A model generated the notes under the pieces. The model worked only from the letters and a program-made list of their open reading frames with translations, was not told the origin of the DNA and searched no databases. The translations under genes were made by a program, and so were the position numbers. Below are positions 53,075-64,000 of a stretch of DNA of 64,000 bases, one piece after another. Each line of letters begins with the position of its first letter. The stretch's first letter is position 1. The stretch comes from Takakia lepidozioides (lineage: Eukaryota; Plantae; Bryophyta), in assembly GCA_030704615.1 (NCBI GenBank), contig CM060732.1, forward strand, positions 2,108,001-2,172,000, read 5' to 3'.

Positions 53075-53165
53075 TGCTCATGAAATCCGCGTGTCTTAGA
53101 CTTTGGCTCACCGCTCATGCGGCTCATGCGGCTCATGGTTTCTGCTCATGAAATAGTAAACCTCG
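53075..53165. other. Probable family-2 element end (GCTCA-rich, GCTCATGAAATAGTAAACC)
   Basis: Resembles the family-1 right end GCTCATAGAATAGCACCCC. The TSD cannot be verified. Confidence 0.45.
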
Positions 53166-53849
53166 TAACCGTGAGCCGTGAACCACAATATCACACGGCC
53201 ACGTTAGCATCGGCTTTAACCAATAGAAGGAGTAGTGGACCGTTTACCACTATGGCTCACGACCACTGCAACGAGCCACTTTTTAGCAAACCTTTTAGGT
53301 TGCGTAGGCAGTTAGGCAAACGGTCATTAACGACCGCGGACTGTAACGGCTCTTTTGAGCATAGTATAAAAAAGCTGTACGCAACTTAGAGGGTGTGCAG
53401 TATGAGTATCAGTGATCAGTGTGTACTTCTGTGATGATGTGACGAGCTCTGAAGTAAAGCCATGCTATTCGAAGTATCTCTGTGTAGAGTGAATGTGAGA
53501 TGGAGAGAATATGCATTATGAGATAACGTGAGATGGTGAGAATGTGTATCATCTCAGAATAGTTCTTGTTTTCTCTTGACTACCATCTGCTTATATGAAC
53601 TAAGAGGCTTCAGTCTTTTTGACTAAGATCTTTTATGCGAAAGAGACTATAGATTGGGCTTAATCAGTATGATTAAGCAGCCTGCAGGGATATGGCTTCA
53701 TACTACGTTCATGGTTCAGCTATCCTTAAAACGATTACTTCGTAATCGTTTCTGAAAGCATACCATCGGACAACCTCTGTTGCATGTCTTAGGAAATGGG
53801 TAGTAGTGTTAATAGCCTGTTTTGTCTAAGTCATAAACCAGCGGTTAAC

Positions 53850-56800
53850 ATAAGTTTGCGCAAAAATTAAGGGTACCCCACAGAACCCGTAAAACTGTCT
53901 AAGTCCCCAAACAACCCTCTAACATTTACCCCTCCCCCTCTCAAAAAGCCGTGTCCTCACAGGTTACCGTTTAGAATCAGCAAACCTTTGTGAACGAGCA
54001 CCCTTCTGTCGGTGGAAGTCCTTTGGATGGCTCTGTGTGCGAGCCCGAGCTTTGTCGCTGGTTGGCGGAGATAAGTGTCGACTAGCTGGAAGTGTCGGCC
54101 CTGCTTTAGTCTGAGAAAGAGGTAAATACTGTGGTATAGGAGATCCCCGTCGTCTTTTCTCCTCCATTGCTAAGTCGTACTCCGTAGCCATGTCAAAGCT
54201 GCCCTCCACAGAACCAGTAGTATCAGAATCGTCTTCCCCCCTGTGGCCTTTCGGTGGTCTGATCTTCTTGGGTGTCTCAGGAATCCTGCATGGCATACAG
54301 TGTTGGCCCACTTGCATCAATTGCTTGCAAGCAAAATGAGTGTACTCCATGAATTCCTTGTCCGTATAGGTGAGAGGTGTGACTTTGGAACAGTGTAAGA
54401 ATTTCTAGGCTTCATGTCCCTTATTAAAAATATCATCAGGGCCCAATTTTTCTTTGGTCAAGTTGGTCCAAGCCAAATTAAACCATAAACAAAGTTGGGA
54501 ATCCTTCTCTCACATGACTTTCGCATCATACAGATACATATGGGGTGGAACTGAAGGTAAGACCCAACGATCCCCAGTGGAATGGCTCAGAAATCTTGAC
54601 TGCATCTTCTGCTGTTCAATGTGATAACGTGTAATGAAACAAGCAGCATAGTATAATCCATAGCCCATGACCAAACTAGATACCTCCTTGGTCTTGGTGT
54701 AGATGTACCCATGAACAACCTAGAAGGCAATTAATTCCTTCATCATGGTGCCCGCCTCAGACCAGTACCTTGGAAAATGATGATCCTCAATGGGTCGATT
54801 GTTCGGAAGAACCTTAGTCCGAGTTGCCACTGGCAACCAAATGCGCATGATCTAGTAATAATGTGCCAAAGACTGTGGAGGACTGAATTCCTTCCAAGCC
54901 AAAACCATCACAATGGGAATTTGGTTGAAGGGCATTATCATAGCCCGATTGTACTCAAGTGTAGCAGGAGTCCTAGGTGGGTTAAAAGCATCATCCCCCC
55001 AAACCTCAGACTGTGGCATGGCCATGGTATCAACAGTGTCAGCCACCTACACAGCCACCTGCTGTGGGGGCTGTGATATTGCCGCCACTGTCCCTCCTAT
55101 TGTTGGCAACTCCTGCACCTCCTGTGATGAAGACTGAAAAATCAGAGTTCTGGCATGCAAATAAGTAGCCACCAGCTGCTCCTCAGGAACAAAGACTCTT
55201 TTGTCAATATTGGAACTTAAGTCATCCACTTGAGTCTGCAGCCATTCCACATCATCCTGTAACTCCGCTATTCTACTATAGACATTGTCTATAGTAGTTG
55301 TGGCAATGTTCTGCACCTGCAATTTGAGATAATTCATTTTCCCCTGGGTGAGCTTTCTTGGTGTCTTCCCTTCCACCGGCCCTTGTGTTAACCATACTTG
55401 CATAAGATGATTATCCACCAAGTTCTGTGTAGCACCCCTGAGAGCCTGCTCCTCCTTGAGTCTATACATATCTATTTGCTTTTGCAAAGCCTGCATGCGC
55501 TTCACATGAGGTTCAACCAGGGCTGCATAGGTAGCAGTCAGATTATTGGCTTCCTTCCAAGCCTTGTTAGCCACAAAGAGTTCATTCTTTTGGCCCGTTA
55601 GTGTTTGCTGCAACTCCAGGATGTACCTTTCCTTTTCAGCCTCAATCCGACTGTATTGTTGGAAGGTATCCTCATTGCGATGGATAGTAGCCTTCAATTC
55701 AGCAATGAGTTTCCCTTGCTCCACTGTCTCAGCCTCCACCATCATATACCTCTCTGCTTGTTTGTTAACTTCTAATGCAGTTTGCTCAGAGCAGTTGTTA
55801 ATGTGGCACATTGGATAGTCATTTTCTGATGAACTACCTCCAACTCTGTGAGAAGCACCTTCACTTCCTGCAATTTGCTCTCATGCTTCACCTGCAACTC
55901 GTATAACTGTTGCTTATGTACTTCATGCAACTTCCCCTGCTCCAGACCTGCTTCAATCAGATTCCCCTTTGTGAGCTGTAGGGCAGCCTTCGTATCCTCC
56001 AACTCTTTCTGCAACCTGAGGTTGGCCTCCACATCCACCTTATTTGCACACTCAGTGGCAATTCTTGCCTCAAATTCTTGCTTGAGCTCCTCCCTCAAAG
56101 CTGCCAATTGTGTGGATGGAACGTGGGATTTCACATAAGTGCCCAACAAATTGAGTGTCCTGCTTATGGAACTCATAAGCATGGCCTGCTGTGGGTCTTC
56201 ATGGGAAACTTGTTGATGGTCCCCCTGATTCTCCACAGTGTGATGTTTCACCAACCATTCAGGCCATGTTCCCACAAGATCTTCTTCCTCAACGACCTCA
56301 TTCTCCACAGGTGTTGTAGTGCCCTTACATTCTACCCCTAGAACCTCCTTCACAGGTTCGGGCATGACATGCACAAGAGGGATTTCCTTGGTCAAACTAT
56401 GCATCTTTAGTACTACTGGTTCTCCAACCATGCCAGAGTTCTCATAGAAAAGGTCACCCTTCTCAATGTCTGCCACTACCTGCTCTGTAGTGGGAATGTC
56501 CAACCCTTCTCCTTCCACAACATTAGGCTCTGGTGTGACAGCATGCACAATGTGAGTTACCCCTGGGGCAACCGAGTCAATTGGCTGTGGTGGCTGTGGC
56601 ACCGAAGTGACTTCTTTCTCACTCTCCAAAGGCCGTGCTTCCAGCAATAACAACTCCCTGTGCTGCTGCTCCTCATCCTGCACAAGCGCTATGGAAACAT
56701 CATCTTGTGGTTTCCTTGTAGCTAGTGGATCTGCCACTATGGTTGTATCCCGCTTCTGCCCCTCCAATCTTCCTTCACCATGTGAAGAGCATTGCTCCTC

Positions 56801-58058
56801 AATTGCAGTGGTTGCTGTCTCAAACACTCCCATCTCCTTGCAGTCACGCGCATCAAGCAAACAAGAGTCAAGAATAATTTGAGCAATTATTGGGCCAGAC
56901 ACAATGATCGGAGACTTAGCAGCAGTGCCTTGTAACCGCTTTATCTCTTCCACCAGACCATTGTACATCAACTCTGCCCAAACTACATCCTCTCCCCTCA
57001 AGGCTTTCAGTATCTCCTCCGTGAATGATCTGCTAAGGTACTGTTGGTTCTGCTTCATGGCAAATAGAACGTTCAGTATTTGGCCAACTTCCCTTAACCC
57101 TGGGTACTCGGCCTTGGTGCAAGTGTATCCTTGAGTCTCAAAGAAACTCGCTTCTTGGAACAAATTCCCTATTTGCAATCTTGCCCTGTGTTCATCCACA
57201 TTCACATGCCCAGATGGCAATTCAAACAGTTGTTGCAAGTACTGGGGAGTAATTTCTATATCTACTCCCCTCACATGTGTAACTCCTGTCCGGGGCTCAA
57301 AGTTCTGAATGAATTGAATCATGTACTTCCGATGATGCAAGGACCATTCCTTGCGTAGCAGCCCTTCCAATCGCAACTCCTTCAGCAGCTGCACTGCCTG
57401 TGTGGTGTAGCAATTGTTTGCTTCTGCAGAATCGTGGTGCTCTTCACCCTGATAGCCTCCATTCCCCTAATTCTCTTCATCCCAGACAAATAAGAAGGCC
57501 TTGTTTGAAATAGCTGTAGGAAAGCTTGCAGGGCATAGAGCATAAAGGTATGGTTGGCATAGAAAGGAACGGGTAAGTGCGTGTAAGCCTGTGGGGCTTG
57601 CAGATAGTGGGTGAGAGAGAATGTCCTTTCAACCTGTCCGTCCTTGCGCCACTGCGTGAGAAGTAGAGCTAGCGTATAGTCTGTAATATCCGCCATAGCT
57701 ACAAAGCTATAGCTTTGATTGCCCCTCCCGTCGAGACACTGGTTATTCGGAGCCACCCCGTCTCTTCCGCTCATAACTCTTCTAATTTCTTGTTCTTGTT
57801 TCTTGGAGGGAACCACCTGGATGAAATTCTCGTATCTGTTTGGCTATTGCCTCCTCGGGTAACTTCTGAATTTTACCCCCGTCTGCTCACATTTCCACCT
57901 GGAATGCCCACTAGGACAACACATGTGGCAAAGGTTCGCCTTTGCTGTACACGTAAAAGGTTCCGTTACCTTTTTCCTGGATGCATCAATGGGCCCACAA
58001 TTAATTTCGGCTGCTGTACCGGGTAGGTACTTCGACGGCCCAGTTTGTCTTTTTGCAT
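53850..58058 (-). mobile_element. Second gypsy 3' region: extra ORF, PPT and truncated LTR start at 53924
   Basis: ORFs 55772-57394, 55047-55811 and 53964-54350 are homologous to 32577-36696. The rc reads TGTTAGAGGG after a purine tract. Confidence 0.85.
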
Positions 58059-58985
58059 GATAACACCACCGGTAATACCAACGGAGCATGAGGCACTTAT
58101 CGTAAAGCCGAATGTGTATGGCCTGAGCGTAGAACACGGGTGTTCACACAGTCATCACAGGCCACCACAGTATGACACAGCTTATCACAGCCCATCACAG
58201 CATCACACAGCCTATCACAGCTTGTCACAGTTTGACACAGCCTGTCATAGCCCAACACAGCCCATGCGGGTTGCACAGTCCATAGGATCAGTGACAGGTG
58301 GACGCGGGTTAACGTCAAAAAAGTGGCCGGTAAGTGTAAGGTTAGCTTGGGAGTCAAACTCGGAGAAAAAGCCACGCGGACAGAGGGCGACGGAAGAGTG
58401 TTCGAATTCGAACACGTGGCCTAAGGGGCAAAGCACTCCGCTTTGCTTGTACTGCAAGATAGCCCTCCACAAATCAGGCATAAAGCTCAAGGTAGGGGTT
58501 TCCATTCAGATCATTTAAGGTACCCGTCATTGCATTCAGGGTTGGTGGGAAGCAAGCAAGCATACTCATTCAAGTGATGAACGCAACTATGTGTCGTACA
58601 GACGGACACTGTATGCCACAGAGGATTCCTGAGAAGCCACATAAGGTCAGGGCACCGAAAGGCCACCGGGGGGGACATGATTATGATATTACTGTTCTAT
58701 GGAGGAACCTTTTGACATGGCTGAAGATTATGCAATACAAATGGCAGAGAAGAAACGACGGGGATCTCCTATGCCTGAGAAGTTACCTCCTTATCAGCCA
58801 AAGGAAGGGTAGTCATTTCCATTTGGTGGACAGTCATGATCTCCACCAACTAACAACATGGCTCGGGCTCGCACACAGAGCCCTCCAAGGGACTCTCACC
58901 GGTAGAAGGGTGCTCGTTCACAAAGGTTTGCTGATCCTAAACAGTAAACCGTGAGGACACGGCTTTTTGAGAGGGAGAGGGATAA

Positions 58986-60038
58986 TGTTAGAGGGCTGTC
59001 TGGGACTTAGACAGTTTTACGGGTTCTGTGGGGTACCCTTAATTTTGCGCAGACTTACGGATGGTATGGTCAGACCAACAGAGGCCTTAGGGGTGACAGA
59101 CACAGGCCTTAGGGGTGGTAGGCAGGCTCACACAGTCAGTCACAGGCTTACACAGGCTTACACAGCCTGACACAGCTTGTCACAGTCTTACACAGTTAGA
59201 CATAGCTTGACACAGCCTGTCACAGCCTACCACAGGCTGACACAGCTTGTCACAGCCTGACATAGTCTTATATAGCTTGACACAGCTTTACACAGCCTTA
59301 CACAACCTATCACAGCCTTTCACAGTCTATCACACCTCGACACAGCCCGACACAGCCCGACACAGCCAGTCATAGTCCGACACAGCTTGGCACAACCCGT
59401 CACAGCGTTCACAGAGAACGGTTATCATTGGCAGGGAACGACTATGTGGGAACGACATCTGTAGAGGGAACGTGCATTCTGTCTTGGATGACGGTTAGTT
59501 AGTTAGGTGGTTAGAATAGGCAGAGTAGCAACATGGAGGGGGGCACTTGTGGGGGCACTTGTGGGTCATCACGGAAGGAGATCAGGCGGAGAGCACAATC
59601 TTGAGCGCAAGGATGGAGAGCACGGTGAAGTAGGAGAGACAATCTATTGATGCTTGATACATGCAAGCTGTAGAGATGCACTGTAGAACAGATTAGAGAC
59701 ACCATGGCTTCGGCCTGATACTTGATAGATATTAATCTGATACATATTTCATACTCACACTGTGTAGAGAGACCTGAGTGAAGCTGTGGAATGGATGCTT
59801 GGGTAGATGGAACCTGGTAGATTGCTGAAGCAATCTGTTACTTAATTATAGACAGTAAGGTAACTTGCTAACATGAATGCGAGAAGGAATACAAATAGGA
59901 GGCACCCCCATGATACACTAACTGTAGGTCATGACTGATTGTTATGAGCGGGTTGAGTGCTTAGAGATTTCCAACTCTTCTATCTTGGAGTTCCTACCTC
60001 GGATAGCGAAGGGATGGGTGTGTAAAAGCCGCTCGACA
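58986..60038 (+). mobile_element. 3' LTR of the same gypsy family, preceded by a PPT and the extra-ORF tail (58600-58950)
   Basis: GAGGGAGAGGG then TGTTAGAGGG...GCCGCTCGACA; CACAGC minisatellite. Confidence 0.9.
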
Positions 60039-60459
60039 ATGAGCTGGAGGACTGGACGAAGATAACCAACCAGCAAAGGAGGGAAACTCATCTGGTGTAC
60101 CTGAATGCCATTGGGACTGATGACATAAGGGCAGGGGAGAGTATGCATAGCCTGGAAGAACAACAAAAGGCATATGAAGCAAACTCAGACTCTCGCCTGA
60201 GCTTACACCAGAACAAAAGCAACAATTGATAGAGGTTTGCCACAAGAACCAGTACAGTTTTGCCCTCAACAAATCAGATCTGGGGCATTGTGCTGATGTT
60301 GAGCATGAGATCAATACCCAAGGGTTTCCTGCCACCAGAACACCCGCAAACAGGCTGTTAGAATTTGAGGAGAACCTTGTACAAGAACAAATTGAAGCAC
60401 TTATTCAACAAGGGAAGATGCGAATCAGCAGGTCAGAGTATGCATGCCCTATTGCACTA
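60039..60459 (+). pseudogene. Ty3/gypsy reverse transcriptase N-terminal fragment
   Basis: DLGHCADVEHEINT..QIEALIQQGKMRISRSEYACPI, cut by the MULE end. Confidence 0.8.
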
Positions 60460-61663
60460 CAGCGTAGCTACGGCGTGAGCCCAGCCCCGTGAGCCTGGGA
60501 GCTGAGCTCATGTTGTAGCTGTAAAGCGTGAGCGACACCAATGTGCTAGAGAAGCAGGCCCTATAGGCAAGGATTGCATGAAGAGAGCCTATTACCGTGG
60601 ACAAACGAGGACAAAACAAAGGGGCCACCATGCACCATGTCTGCAATGTCTGCACAAAAAGAGGAATATGAACATAATGCAAATTTGAGCTCAGAAATGA
60701 TCGTCACACTTTATTTCAATTCAGAGAAAGACGCCTACAATGTGCAATTGCCCTGGTTCCGCGATAAGCTGGAAACCAGCATGGGAAGTGGGCATGGCTC
60801 GTTTCTGTTCACAAAGAATGTGGCGGAGCCCTACGGCAGGTGTCCCGTTGTAGAAGAGTGATGACTTCTCCATAGCCTAGTGTGGCTTGGTGAATGAATT
60901 GGTCTCTCTTACCATCGCAACACATAATTATAAAGTATATGTAATATTGATGCTTGCAGGGGACCCACTTCCCTCTCATGCCGAGAGCGCCCTCACGTAT
61001 CACTACAAAATCCGGACAAGTGCACGCAGGGAAATTCCCCACGGTAACCTGATATTCTTTTCCATGAAGGACTGAGCCAGCAGACAACACTGTGTAAATC
61101 CGTCCATACCCCCGGACCGGGACTTTGGTGATACGAGTCACCCGAGCCTGCAAAATTCTAGCTGATTCCATCTTGCAGTCGTGATCTGCACCCGAAGCGA
61201 CACGGCGCACTGTTTTTCCATCTCTTTTTGTTGGGTGCGAGTCGGCAACGGGTGGAGGCATTGCCGGAGCATGTGGCACATCTGTGCCCCGAGTGCATGA
61301 GGGCACCACCAGGGACCGTGCAAGACGGAACCCTCCCTCCTCCAGCATGCTTATCTCGGTTGATGACAGCGACGTCCCAAGTTTCACAGGCCAAATTGCG
61401 GGCGGAGGGGGCTTCATTATCACCGAAGGACAAACTGTTCCCTTCACGCATCGTGCCATATCGTCTGGGCAAAACCAGAACTTGTGGTCCTTTGACTCCC
61501 CACTATGATAAGGTCGGAACAACCCTGTGAATGTTGGAGCTGGAGTCCCCCTGGAGCCTTTGCATATTTTTTATTTGCATTTCTTGAAAGAGGGGGGTCC
61601 GAATCGCCATGCAAGCCACTCTAGATCCTGGTGGGGTGCGTTCTATATGCCACTCACTGTCAA
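60460..61663 (-). mobile_element. Family-1 copy C: terminus plus SWIM-containing transposase C-terminus, truncated
   Basis: Starts CAGCGTAGCTACGGCGTGAGCC. ORF 60809-61522. Homology to 14199-15435 stops at TGTCGCG (probable new LTR). Confidence 0.85.
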
Positions 61664-63688
61664 TGTCGCGCACCTCACTTCGGTAAGCTCCCCTTCAAGT
61701 CATAGTTACTCGCTTGAAGCGCGCGCCTAACTCCCTACTCGGAGCTTCGGCTGCTCACCGGGGCATAACGGTCCCCCTTTACTCCTCCACTAGACCCTCT
61801 CCCAATTTGGGCCTAGTGGAAATTCCCTTTGGTCGATGGCAGTCCGGAATAGTTCCCCACACCTTGGTCGCTTTCCGGCTCGCACGCTTACTCACTAGTT
61901 TTTGGACACCAACGGGCTTGCACCGTTCTCGGGGTTACTACTCCCTATATATACTTCTGTGACTGTCCGCGGGGGTTTCACAAACAACACCACCATTTTA
62001 TGGCGAACCACCACGAAAACCCTCGATTCCCGGTGATGAATCGCGGTGAGTCATGGCCCACCTACCACGGTCCCCTTGGACCCTGATGAGTCCCAAGACT
62101 CCCCATGACTCCCACCACAAGGTCTCCGCCCCCATGGTGAGTCCTATGCCACCCCCACTAAGTCCCACTAAGCTACCACCACCCCTTGTGGAGCCACCCC
62201 CACCGCAACCCGGTGTGCAGGGCTCCACCTAGTGAGTGCCTCCGCCTCCTCGAGTGCTTTGGGCACTCGAGGTTGCTTCAGCCGTACCTATTGCTGCCAC
62301 CGCCCCCACCACAGGGACAGCCCCTCTGCGACCCGACCCCCTGCCCTCAAGGCAAAGGGCCGCGATACACACCCCTACCAACAGGGAGTCGATGTCCTCA
62401 TCGACTTGACCATTTTGTAGAAACGAACATCCAAGTTGTGGCGTCCCACATCAAGGAGTTTGTTTCCGCACCATGGCGTCCCATGGCTAAGAACCAAACC
62501 CTCACTTGACTCTTCTCTCCACTAGCTAGTTCGGCCGACTTCCTCCAAGTCCCGGCCAAGGGTGGAGCCTCTCAAGCTCCTCCCAGTGCACTCTTCTAGA
62601 CCCACTTCAGGGCCAAGGATCGATGCTAACTGTCTTTCTTAACTATCGTCCCAAGTAGGTGGTCGCATTCCTTTGATCCTCCTCTTCATCTTCTTCTGCC
62701 TTTGTATTTGGTATCGTGCACCGCTCGCATATGATACTGCAGAGCTGCTTACTTCATACTTCAGGTGCTATCCTGCTTTGCTTCAATGCTAACAAGTCGA
62801 TCTTACATGTATATGCAGACAATCTGGTGGACGGACTGCCCTCTACTACCTGTGATCAACCTCTACTTCTAATCTTCCCGGCATCTTAGTGGAATCGCTC
62901 AAGCTTCATTCTACGTGGATACAACTTGCATGCTGGATCCTATGCTCAATGATCCTTATCACCCCTTATGATGCTAGCTAAACATGACCATTCCCTCAAC
63001 GTTAGTTGCTACATTCCTACTTCAAATCTCACATGATTCACATGCCCCATACTTTATCACAGTGAACGCAATCTTTACTTCAGAGCCAAAAACTAGAACA
63101 AAAAGAGAGAGATCACCATCCAGTCTCCACTACTCTTATACTTGGGCTGATCCCTAACTCCACCTTATCCCGCTGTCTCCTTCACGTGATTATTTAATAG
63201 CAAGTCAACAATATTTAAGATCCTACAGCTTTTGGACATCAAGTATGGCGGCCACCGGGTCTTATCCCCCTTTGTGCCACAGGCCCATCTACTTCTAAAG
63301 ATATTCGATTCCCACGTGTTTTGTTTCTCAACCACTCTTTTAGCTGCATGCCACTTGCTAATATTTAATATGGCCACCTGTTCCTAAATTACTGCTGCAT
63401 CTCCTTTATATCCGCGATTTCATCCCATCAATGATAACTTGATCTCACATTTCATCCCTCTGCCAACCCGTCGTTTATCTGGTACTCAATCCATGTTTGA
63501 ATGAAAAATTTGTGATTTCATCCGCTTCTCCTTAACGAAAAATCGCGACTTCATTGCATCCTTGAGCCCCACAAACCCTACGTGCTTTGTCTGTTTCTTG
63601 CATGCCTTCCGTGTTTTGCTCATCACCTCCCTTCGACCTACAGGTGTAAGTCCTCCGATTTTAAGCTGTCTGGCCCTCCGGACAACGC

Positions 63689-64000
63689 TCACTCCACCTG
63701 CAGCAACTTTAAATCACGTCGTGATCTGCTCCATTGTTTCCCTCCACCGTCCTGCAATACACAAACTCGATCTGCCTCACTCCTTGTTCCTTCTTGGTGT
63801 TTGTCAACATAGACTTGAAATTTGTATGGTCCCTCCCAAGACGATTCCAAATTTCGCTTCTTCCCTGGTCGGATCATCATCACGAGCTCACCAGGCTGCA
63901 ATTCTGTAAGTCCCTTCCCATGCTTGTATGCTTTCTGTTGTGCTCCCTGTGCAACAGTCACACTGTCCCTTAATGCACCTTCTAGCTCATGTATTATTTG
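63689..64000 (-). pseudogene. Ty3/gypsy integrase C-terminus (GPY/F)
   Basis: LQPGELVMMIRPGKKRNLESSWEGPYKF. Confidence 0.75.

Noticed and set aside
53376-53830. Additional LTR of another family (similarly 61664-62630)
   Set aside because: LTR-like composition and a TG start, but no second copy, end or TSD could be fixed.

Overview
Eukaryotic, transposon-dense, heterochromatin-like window, probably from a non-seed land plant. That assignment is an inference from the spliceosomal introns, a plant-type ETFQO fragment, a plant HTH-family gene and many C>T-type stops. The window holds nested Ty3/gypsy remnants, one host gene, a tRNA-derived SINE, a Crypton-like tyrosine recombinase pseudogene and a hAT element carrying captured genes (plant ETFQO exons and a bacterial-type tauD). 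The main candidate for an undescribed system is a 12.75-kb Mutator-like element (14199-26950) with a 9-bp TSD and no long TIRs. It encodes a GCM-like/MULE-DDE/SWIM transposase and, divergently, a multi-exon gene fusing a ParB/Srx-like (DGNHR) domain to a beta-class N6A/N4C methyltransferase-like domain. One intron of that gene is filled by about 22 tandem ~116-bp units, each with a 36-38-bp palindrome. Three more partial copies of this family are present. A diverged sister family has a similar layout but its own palindrome array (53-bp period). Domain calls come from motif recognition by eye, not from database searches.
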